From Asterias rubens (Eukaryota): a stretch of 64,000 bases of DNA. The stretch covers positions 806,001-870,000 of the forward strand of contig NC_047083.1 of the NCBI RefSeq assembly GCF_902459465.1, written 5' to 3'. The notes below the pieces were generated by a model. The model worked only from the letters and a program-made list of their open reading frames with translations. It did not search any database and was not told the origin of the DNA. Position 1 is the stretch's first letter. Each line of letters opens with the position of its first letter. Positions 11,069 through 23,000 of this stretch are shown in pieces. The translations under genes and the position numbers were made by a program.

Positions 11069-14000
11069 ATGGTGGCCCACACTGTGCGTAAAATGATTGT
11101 AAAGGAAACCAAAACAAGGACGTTTGCTTTGCTTATCGTCATGCTTTTGCTGTGTTTTACTTGCTCTGAAGCAACCACACACTGGCTGGTTACAGAACAA
11201 GGCATGATAACGCAACAGGTAAGAGACTGGGGTGGTAGACTATAATTAACGCTAAAACTTTAGCTTCTGTTTTTACATTTCGTTTTCCTGCTGGTGGGAT
11301 GGGATTTTGGTTGGTCATTTCGCCCCCTGACAGTCTATACAGTAAGATCTACTGTTTGCATGTGATTTCGCCCCATTGTTCTGATCATAATAATTCACTT
11401 GACTCAAAAATGTGTTCCTCCGCTCCATGACTCAATTGATCGAGGTTAAGACAAGGGGAATACACTTAACAACTGGAACCTCCAATTCTAAATTGCCTTT
11501 TTGTCCCTTCTTGTTCTTTAATTATTTTGTGTGTATTGTATTTTTGTAACAAGTAACATTTGATTTGATTTGATTTGTATTTTAATTGTATTTATTATTT
11601 TCTAATTTCTAATCTTAATTCTATTTGTATTTTTTTCTGATCTGATTTAAATAAGTTAACTTATTAGATATTGTTTTTATTATAAAATAGTGTGGGTATT
11701 TTTGGAAAAAGGGGGAACCTGGATCTGAAAGAAGTTTAAAAAGGAAGCCTGGAAAAGGAAGGGTATATAAACAAATCTTAAACTTAAAGCCTCATTTAGC
11801 GCATCTGCTTGGTAGCTCCTACTTATTAACCTACACACTCCGCATTCTAATTTTTGTCATTCCTAAAATTAAAAATAAGTATATTCTCCTCATACTTATT
11901 GCAAATATACCCCTACATTTAAATGGATTGTATCATTTTGCCTTTCCAGGTAGCCAATGCTAATAAGTAATATTAAAAGTCCTGCTCCTCACGTTCAATG
12001 CTGTCCATGGTCTCTCCCCTCATTACATTTCTGAACTGATAACGCCATACACCCCAACAAGGTCACTTAGATCCTCTTCACAGCTTCTCCTACAAGTTCC
12101 CCCATACAGAACAAAAACGTACGGTAAAAGAACCTTTGCTTTCAGCGCACCCACACTTTGGAACTCTCTTCCTGCTACTCTCCGTTCCCAGATAAACCCG
12201 GATCTCTTCAAATCCCATCTCAAAACTCACTTATTCACTAAATCTTTTTTGTAATATTGTATTGTTTAGTTAAATTGTTGCTTTCTCTTGTATAAATTAA
12301 TTTGTTTATTTGTTTTGTAAAGCGCATTGAGAGTACTTGCAGTACTGAATTGCGCTATATAAGCATTTCTTATTATTATTATTATTATTATTATTTAAGA
12401 CTTACGCCCTTTTTAAAATCCACAGCTTTGTATTTGGATTCGGCTTCAGGCGCCGTTCTCTGGTATGAATCCTTGAGAAGTATACTCAAAACAACTGAGG
12501 GGCTTAGCTACCCTGAGGCGAATCCAAAGACAATACCGTAGATTTGGAAAGGGCGTAGCCAACTAATTCACATTCTGTTCTTTTAATCCACACCAACAGC
12601 TAAACTCAGATTTCAATATGAGGGAGCCTTACAACTTGATTGCATTTCTGAAGCAAGGGCGACGCAGCAATCACATCCGAGAGCTTGAAGTGGAGCTTGA
12701 GCATCAAAAGAGAGAGATCGAAGCCAATGAGGACAAAGATCTTGACTTGGAGCAAAGGTTTCTTAGCACTGACGCAGACTGCATCTCAGCACAAGAGCCC
12801 CTGGCTCAGCATAATCTTTACCCTACGATGACCATCCCCTTTAGTCTCAAGAATATCAAGTAAGATCAACAGTAGAAAATGTTCTTCAACGCCATTTTAT
12901 TTATGGCAGGGTTCCCCCGATGCATTATAAGCTAGCGTATCGGGCCGTTATGCAGGAATTACGTGCCTATATGCATAACTTTACAAAAATCCTCACTTTA
13001 AACCATTTTTTATGCTCCTAGATGTAAATTCTGGCATTTTATTAGAATTAAGATAAACACCAAGTAGTAAACTTTCCGAAGACCTTGTTTCAATATAGCG
13101 TGCTTCGGCCAAACTTTCAATAAAGCGTGCTTCGGCCAAACTTGCTCTGAACCGTTTAAAGTCACCTGGAAGTGGTATTTTGTCAAAATAAAGCTTTTGT
13201 CACTAAAATATGTGTTTTGATGAGTGGAATATGAATAAACAACTAACTAAGGTTTACATAAATTAGTTTCCATGTTATTTACAAATTGGAAAAAAAGCCC
13301 GACCCGAGAGGGCGCTGTTCGTGACGTCAATCGAGGCGCGATGAATCGCATGCAGTGCCAACACAGCATAGTGACGCTTGGCGCAAGCTAAAAACATGCC
13401 CTCAAAGTTGAAACAATACCTGATTTTTTTCACGTTAGGCAAATGCTCCTTTAGGTTCGTTACATCTTTCAGGTACCTTCTTCGACTTCCCCACTAGCTG
13501 GAAAAATTATTGGGATGGCGTCATGTTTTAGAAAAGAACTTTTCTCTTCATGTCAAAATGTGTAGTGTATTTCGGATTCTCGAAGCACGACGGCTCGAAG
13601 TGTTTGCTGTACAGCGCTGGAAAAGACGTCGGACCGACGTCGGCAAACTGACACCATCTTTAGTTGTTTTGCTGCATCCAGCAGCAATACACCTGGTTGA
13701 CATTGCCGGAAAAATGCAAGAAAAAAACTTTTTCAAACGTACAAACTCACGTCCAGGCCTTGAATGTACTTGCACGTACGTGTGTTCGATGTTCGATCGA
13801 GGCAAAGTCTTCCTCGATTGACGTCACAAAAGGGGTAGGCGGAGTCACCCCACACACAACTTTATTTAATTTGTTAAACATATAAATCTTCAAAAACAAT
13901 TACTCAAAAAATTATTTTATTGTTCAGGAACATATACTCTAATGTTTGAAGAAAAACAAAAATCTATTTCCAGGTGCCTTTAAGAAGGCAAACTGTATCC

Positions 14001-17000
14001 AGAGTGAGAAATTCAAATTTAAGCTGTAAATTTTGACAAAGCACATTATTGTACGAGCTGTATTCAAATCTTACTCAGGACTCATTTATGCAAGTCAATC
14101 AAGATAGAGCATAACAACTTAAAGTAAAAAATTAAAAAAATGACAAAAACTGAAGGTTTTCTTTTTTGTTCAACAGGGTATCAGATTATGTGGATTTGTC
14201 CGCAACTTCAGAAAGTAAGAAAACTATTGAGCCAAACTGCACCAAAGTCTTGCCATTGCCCTTTAGCATGCATGCATATGATCATCTACAGGTAAATAAA
14301 TGTATTGAGCATTTGCTTGTAATCAATTTATTTATGTTTATTCATAACTAATATCTTTAGCCTTTGAGAAAGACTCTGCTAGGGTCGAAACGTCATCAGG
14401 CCACTATTTTTTTTTACAATTGTACATTTGGTCCTTTTGGGTGGTAAACAGTCTGCTGTCATCTAGCACCCATTTCAGACAGGCGCTCCAGAGTCGCACC
14501 AAACCAAATTCTAATTTAAGTACAGGGAAAGTTCGACATCTGAAACATTTAGGAGCGAGTGGACGCCCTAGAAGCCGAAAGATCGACTGTTGCAGTCTTT
14601 CGGAACGATTCTGGAGTGCCTTGGTTTCAGACGTCAATCTTGTCATGAGTTAAACCAATGTAAATGTCATTTTAAGTTCGCCCGTATGAAACCAACATTT
14701 ATTTGAGTCGACCTAGAGTCGCTCCTAATCTATTTGGTTCGGCGCAACTCTGGCGATTTGTTTGAAACAGGTGTAATTCTATTTTTTAATATTTACAGGG
14801 CATACAAGGAAAAAACAACCTCACAGATTTTGCCGAGTCAATTATTGGTGAGGAGGTCAAAGGGACGTGTGTTTTTGAAGGGAGTGGGCCAGGAATCTAC
14901 AATGCCCTTGAAGAGGTAAAGTTAATATACAAAAAATCAATTAAAAAGAAAGTAAATATGTAGAGGAGGTCCCTCCTTTGTAAGAACTTGATCCCCTTAC
15001 AATCAAATCAATTAGAGGGAATTTATATAGCGCCAAAATCATCCAAAGTTGTTCAAAGGCGTTCAAGACAGTTGGATGAAATTAATATTGATACACTTGT
15101 TGGGATATATAACATTTTGAGGAGCTTCTTGAAAATGTGAATAGTGTTTAATAGCATCCTTGATGAAGTTAGGGAGAGTGTCCCATTCTTTTGGTTCAAA
15201 ACAGGAGAATGAGCGATCTGCAAATGACAAAAGAACTGTGAAAATCCTGTTTTTGGCTAACATTGTGCTATTGGATGAGTATTAGATAAATAACCCCTAC
15301 TGAAAGTGTACTGAATAATTATCTGTTGTCATACATTTAGAATAAAACGTCCTGGCAACTCTACACAATAGCTACTTTCTACTGGCGATCAGTCGGCAAC
15401 TCAGAGCAAGTGATAGAATGTGGAAGACGAGCTCTTCATTTCGCTCCTCGGTAAGTAAAATCATAAAATCAAGAGGTAATACTCTCCCTGGATCCAAAAG
15501 AAGTTTTTGGGGGAAATTTTGTTGGACAGAGAATTTACTTTACTAAACGAAGGCCAGGAGGGCAGGACTACAGTGTTTACAGATGTGGTCTGTTTTGTAT
15601 AATAGCCTAAAGCCATCCCTGGTCCTCCAAAATCCATCACCTGAAAATGTTTGAATTTTAAGGTTTACTGTTCTGTATCTCCAAACCACCCACTCTTAGC
15701 ATGAGGCCAGGCACACTAATCTTATCGAAGTCCAAACATTAGGGTGTTGAGTTACTTTAGAGTGGAGTGTTTTGGTAGTAGTACCTCACTGGAACATTCA
15801 AGAAGTTGTGGTTTTAAAGATGTATTTTTATTTGGGTTTTTTTTGTAGCAAAGACAAGAACATAGTTTTGGTGAACATGGCTAGTGTACTCCATCGTAGC
15901 CATTATTCAACATCGGCGGCCATCTTGGCTGAAGCGGCCCTGGAGTCTGGAGAAGAGTTGGCTAAACTGCATCTACTACTTGGCAGTATATATGCGGTAT
16001 GTGTATTATCCATGTTCAGGGGCCACAAGATATATATTCAGTTGGTATACCCGGGGTTGATTTCACAAAGAGTTAAGACTAGTCTTATCTCGAGTTAGGA
16101 CGAGTTACTCGTCCTAACTTAGGACTAGCCATACGCTTTTCATATCTCCTAGGATTAGTCCTAAGTTAGGACTAGTCCTTACTCTTTGTGAAATCGACCC
16201 CAGGGCCTAGATTTTATACTCCCCCTATAATTTTAAGCAGTACTACATATTAGTTGGCAGTATTCCACTTATCAAATGTGACGCCCTCGCCAAAATCAGG
16301 CAGTTCTAGTAAAATAGTGAAATGGCTTCAAAAGTGAAGTTTTTATCCCCCTCAATTTGGATTTTAGAAGCTTTACTGACAGTATCCTCTCTCAGATTGT
16401 GTATTCCAGTAACCGATTATTCCTCCTGAATGGACTTAATTGCTCATAATGTTCGGCAATAATTCTCAAAAGTGCTCCAACCTTTTGAAAGGAGATTTTG
16501 ACAGTTTTGTTTTTATTATTGTAAATATCTACAAGATCTACAAACCCAATGGAAAAGCTCCCTTCAAATGAGGAAGTACGTGTATACTAGGTATTATAAG
16601 TTATGTCTGTACTCCATCAACACTTTATTATTTCTTCTTTTTCAGACGATTGGAGAGTATGATCGATCTGTCTCCCACTTTGAACAATCGATAAATCTTG
16701 GTATAACTGATTCGTGTTGGGCACAACGCCGTATTCATGCTGTGCGATGTCATCAGAAGCTTGAACAAGCCTTGGAGGCACAACATTTGTGAGTATCAAT
16801 TTTGTTATCAATAATCAATAGCATTTTCAATCATATTTCAAGAGGTTTTTTACCAAACATATTTTATCATTTCAATCTGAGAAACGCTTTGGCGATATCT
16901 CAAAAACGGTACCACCTTTCGAAAGAAAATTTCACAGGTTAGTTTTATTGTAAATGTCTAATCATACCAAAGGGTTCCAAAAACGAAATGTATCCTTTGC

Positions 17001-20000
17001 CTTTGAAGGGTAATACAGGGAGTTAATGGAGGCACCTATAAAACATTAAAAAGAACATGTATTTTTGAAAACTTTAAAGAACATTTAAGTTTTGTGTTTG
17101 ATTTCAGGTCTTTGAAGCGGACTCTGTCCGAGCTTCAAGACTTTAAGATAAAACAAGATGAGTTTGAAAAAGTTCAGAAGAAAATGAAGGTTGCTCAATG
17201 TAGAGTGGAGGATCAATTTGAATCTAATCTAAGTTACCATCGACATCGACTCAACAGAGGACTGGGTAAGAAAATAAACTTTCATCAAATTATTCTGTCC
17301 AAATCTTCATTTGTCTTTTCATTAATCCTTTGAATGTGTATTAAAGTTGCTGGCAGTGTAAGCACTTTATGTAATCCACCATATACATAAACTGACAAAC
17401 CTGTAGAAATTTGAGATCGATCAGCCATCTGGGTCACGAGAGACTAGTGAAAAACCTATTACAAATTTTGCATTGCATCGATGCCAAAATAAAAATGAAT
17501 AAAACGCTCACTGAGCGATAAACTCCAAACGCAAAGTTAGATTATTTATTTCTCATCAAGTATGACATTTCAGACAGACATATTTCAAGGGATGTTTTCT
17601 ACTATCATCATCATTTGACCGTGTAAGTTTTATGTAAAGCTGTGATTTTCACCATTTTTGTTTGATACCAATTCTGTAATGTTCCTTTAAGTAATACTGT
17701 TTGTTGAAGGCATTGTGATGAATCTTCAGTTGAAATAAATTCAACATCACTTTTTCTTTAACATTTGTATCATATTCGCAGGAAGTATGAATCAGGCTTA
17801 AGACTTGCTCAGTCTGTTGATGTTGTTTACAAAAATTATTTTGTATTTGTTTATATATTTGTTTAGCCGATAATCCTCATTGTCAAATGAAAGATATGGG
17901 AGACGGATCTCAATCAGTGGTGTGCACCCGGGGTACTCAACCCGATCTAAGCATCTTTGGAATCCCTCTTCAAGATGATCAGGTAAGTTTAAGACAAACC
18001 ATCTTGGGATTTCTTCCATTGGAATAAGTGTATTCATAATGAGGCTGAGGGGAAAATGGCCAGGGCCCAATTTCATAGAGCTACTTTTTGGGCTAACAGC
18101 TCTACACTATGCAGAGCAATTAAGTTGGAATCTTGTGTATTTTTTCCTTTCTGATAAAGAAATATTCTTAAAATTTGTCAAATGTTTGTTTTTCTTGGTA
18201 GGATGTTGAGATGGTTGACACAGCATCTATAAGAAATAACTGTCTACAACTTCCGAATGGGGTGAGTCGGGATTGTTTTCAAAATCTCCTTGAACCTTCA
18301 AATGTTCTTTTAAAAAGAGAAACAGACACCAGAGGGAGGAATTGTCCCACATTGTGTCCGAACCTTTAGTTTTTGTATTTCTTGTGACGCAATAGATTCC
18401 ATAAACCTACTGAATTGTAACATCTGGGAGCTTCTGGGTCCAGGGGTGGATTTCACAAAGAGTTAAGACTAGTCTTATCTCGAGTTAGGATGAGTTACTC
18501 ATCCTAACGTAGGACTAGCCATACGTTTTTCATATCTCCTAGGATTAGTCCTAAGTTAGGACTAGTCCTAACTCTTTGTGAAATTCGACCCCAGAATAAG
18601 GGGTAGCAAGCCATTTCCAGGAATTGTTATAAGCAAATCTCATCCCTAGATGAGTTGTTTATCTTCAAACATCCAAAATACTCTTTGAAGAATACTCTTT
18701 GAAGACAAAAAAATGACCTCCTTTTTCTTCCCCTCAGGAGGAGAGTTGCTTCAATTTGAGTGCCGGTCTTCGTCGGAGCTACACGGCTTATTTCAACCCT
18801 GGTAATATCCCACCTCCCCCCTGGAACAGAATAGACTGGCCCAGCGAGAATGATTGCCGGAATGTCCCGCATGAGCTCCCTGAGTGGAGTAAATATGCAC
18901 CAACGTACTTGCCCCCGGAAAGTAAAGGTTTGAGGTAAGCGTTTCACAGTTTTATTTGGTGTTACTCTCACACTGATGTGTGTCATTGTGGAACACTGTA
19001 TACTCAGTTACGGGATTCTGTGTGTCATTGTGGAACACTGTATACTCAGTTACGGGATTCTGTGTGTCATTGTGGAACACTGTATACTCAGTTACGGGAT
19101 TCGCCCTGATGTTCCTGGTTTAATTGGCTGCATCCCAGCACCTTGTAAACAATAGGAGACTTTCCAACGCTAGGTGGCAGCAGACATACCGGGTAAATTT
19201 CCATTGTTTACGTAGTTCTGAACATGCGCATAATTCTGAGAACAATGGATTTACCCGGTAAGTCTGCTGCCCTCTATCGTCCCAGAAAGTCTCCCATTGG
19301 CTGCATATTGCGCCGCAGCACCCTGTAGACCATTACATGGTGCTATTTGAAGGAATCGGTCTCAAACTTCAAAAACATAGTCCTATGAGAAAAATCCACC
19401 CAATACTCTGGTGGGATTCGAACCCCTGACCTTCGCCATTCTAGAGCAGATGTCTTTTAAAGTGTCTCACAGGTTTACAAACTTTCAAACCTGTAGTAAT
19501 CTTGACATTTTTAATTTTTGCTCCATTCTTATCATCCAGTTTTTTCTCACTGCTGAACAAGTAATTCTCCTGGATGATTTTAGTTTTGTGTCACCTTTTA
19601 TTTTCATGCTCCGGCAGAGTCAAGCATCTCGTCAACGAGAACCTGAACCTGTTTGAGAATGATGTCCATCCGTTGCCATGGTTCCCACCTGTCTGCGTTA
19701 CCGTGGAAACACTAACAGATGGCAACACAGCGATGGACTTTGTAGAGAGTATTACACAGAGAGCGTCTTTGCCACTTACTGATACGATCAAGAGTCTCAG
19801 CCCAGTAAGTTCTATAATAGATGAAATCATTGCATTAAGACCTCAAGGTGGTTAACATCTGCTTAGCATTTTTGAGAAATACGGCCTAGCAAGTTTAGGA
19901 GAATATTCCTTAGCAATTTTTTTAGTGAGACACTGGTCACCAACAAGGTGAACTACATGTGGTTCTGGCTGGTAATCTGTTTACTGCTATAAAGCAAGGT

Positions 20001-23000
20001 AATTTTTTGCTAAGCATTTATATTGGTGCTTACCAGCTTTATGTCAATTGGTCTGGAGCGGATACCTGGATGTCTTGACTTCATTTATAATGTCTGAACC
20101 CCTTTTCATCTATCTGTTACACAGCAACTACTAGCTCTTGTCAACAGTAACCAGGCTAGTGAAGAGGAGCTATCCCAACGTATTCTTACAGCGTTTGAAG
20201 AACCCAAGGTAGGGCTGCTTCAAATCTTAAGATGCTACTTAACGCATAATTCTGTGCTTACTGCCCACAAAATGACTTGTTTTACAGTATGCCATAAGCA
20301 GTAACTCTGTAAGCCTTTTTGAGATATGCTACAACACTAAGGTTTGGGCAAATTTGGGTAAATTTGTGTGTGTACACCAAAACCAAACAGTGCACTCTTA
20401 CCACGTCCGCCATACCTCATAAACGATTATGGAATTGGACAAATTACATGTCTGATTCAAATTATCTCAATGAAGTTCTTTTAAAATACCCTTGCCCCTT
20501 CTACAGCGAAACTGTACAAAAAATGTGGCTTTACACTCACAAAAAAATTAACATGATTTGTTTCTTTTGACAGAATGCAGATGAGAAATGGCTTCTATAT
20601 AACTTAGGTGGCTTCTACTGGCTTATGATTGGCAATAACTTCCACGGTGTGGAGTGTTTACGTCGAGCCCTCGTTCACGCTCCGGTTGAGTATGCGGATG
20701 TGCCGCTTGTTAATGCCGCCAGTGTGCTACTGCATGCTGGGAAGGCTGAAGATGCTGTACAATTGCTACGCATGGCTCTTGTCGTCAACAAAACAGAGGT
20801 TTGTATATTTTTGTACAATTTACTCCAACCAAATCAATCAATCATTCCATCGTAACATTTATATGGTGCCATATTCCAACGATCATTGCTCATAGCGCCG
20901 TACAATAAGCTCTTGTAAAAAGGTAAGATTTGAGTGACCTCTTAAAGATCTGTAATGTAGGTGATTGTCTGATGTTGTTAGGAAGACTGTGTCTCACGGG
21001 TGTCTCACGGCATGCACCAGGGAGGTTAAATCGTACAACTTTCCTCTGTCGGTGTCCAGTGGTCAAGTGCCAAAACTCTTTCTTGGTTATAGTGACTGAC
21101 CTCTCGACAACCCTTCCTTAATCCTCTGAGGTTGTTTGTAAAGCCTACGACCAATCACCTATCCATCACACACCAATCAAATACCCACTCAAAAAGTTAC
21201 CCTAGTCTGAGGTGGACGATGGTATACTAGGAGGTTTTTAAAGGGGGCCTGCAATGGGAGACTTTTGAGATCCAAGTGGCAGAAGACATAACGATCCTTA
21301 TTTGCGGCTTTTGAGCATGTGTGGACATGCTCAGTATTGTGGGCGTAGGTCTAAGCACGCGAACTACTGGCAAGAAATGTTAAAAAGTACCATCCAAAAG
21401 TCTCCCATTTTCATCCCATCATAAATGTATAACATTTTTCCTTTCATTGCCCTCGCAGCCAATCACGCACTTCGTCCTGGCCAATGCAATGGCTGCCAGC
21501 GGAAACCTGGATTCTGCTGCCAATGAGTTCATAGTCGCTTTGAACTCTGACCCAAAGGACCAATATCTCAACTCACTCAAGCAACTCAAGTGCTTCTTGA
21601 AATGGGAGGTAAGGTTTGGAGATAAGAAAAGATGAAATTGGAGATTTATTAAAAGACATTGTCTGCCATCCGTGAAATCTTGTATATAAAAAAAACGCTT
21701 TCAACGCATTTGGTGACCGCTGGGGAGTAAACAGCCTGTACTTTCAAGCATGTAGGGAGTCAAGCTGGATCAATCACAACCATCCATCACAGCTTTTGTT
21801 TGAGAATTTATTATCGATTGTAAGTTTCAAAATCCATTCAACATGCACTTTACACGTTTCAGGATTGTTAATTTCTTCTTGATCACTCCCAATCCAAATT
21901 AATCATCAATAATTACAGGATTTTACGAGGCATCAAAACGAGGACGAAGTCAAAGGTCAGAGGTTACACCAACGTGAGAGTCGTACGGTTTGCTCGCACA
22001 ACAGCAACGGGGAAGAGCGTTGCCAGACGGAGACGCGTACCAGAGAGTTTGTACCTAGAGACACGGAGACGTGTTCCAAGGATGACCCCTCGTGCAACGA
22101 ACGAGGTGAAACGGACTGCTGGACGTCCAATGGTGAGGCGGGACGTAACCATGAAGCGCCCTCTAGTGTTGACCACCTTCCTAAAGTGGATAAGTCTCAC
22201 GTTGTTAATATACGAAGACCTGCGCAAAATGGTGAACCGGTGAGTCTGACTGATTGATGATCAAATTTAGATAAAGAGTAATTTATAGGAGATAGTCAGA
22301 TTGGGTAATAAAACCTTAAAAAGGTGCTCGATAACTGTTTTAGGCAAAGATGTATTGAATTTATTTTCATATTTCTCATCCAGGTGAGAGTAAGTTTAAA
22401 CAGAGAGAGTGAAACGGTTCCTCCACCAGCCTCTGGTCCAAACATTCCTGCCATCAAACCATCGCCTAATGTCGGTAAGTTTAGTTATTGCTGTAAAGGC
22501 ACTGGACACCTTTGGTAATTATCAAAGACTAGCATTCTAACTTGGTGTATCCCAACATAAAACAAATCTGTGAACATTTTGACTCAATTGGTCTTTGAAG
22601 TTTACAAGAGAATAATGAAAGCAAAAACACCCTTGTTGTGGAAACGTGTGCTTTCAGATTCCTAATAAAAGGCTTCAGGCCTGAAGTATTTTATTATTTG
22701 AGTGAGAAATAACCTCTTTCTCAAACACTAGGTTACTTCAAAGGGAGCCGTTTCTCAACCTGTAACCACAGTTGTAGCCAGGGATCGCAACAAAACCTTA
22801 GAGCTCAAGTCCAGCTCTTGTTAGTTTGTCTGAGTTTAATCCCAAGTTAATCTTTCTTTTTCTTTTTTTGAATGTAATGGACCTCCAACAAAATGTTTTC
22901 ATTAAATATCATGTCTCTGGTTGTGATAACCATACTTTGTGTCTTGGATGAAAACAGACAAACCTTATTCTTATTACTATTCTTTATTATTATTTATATT

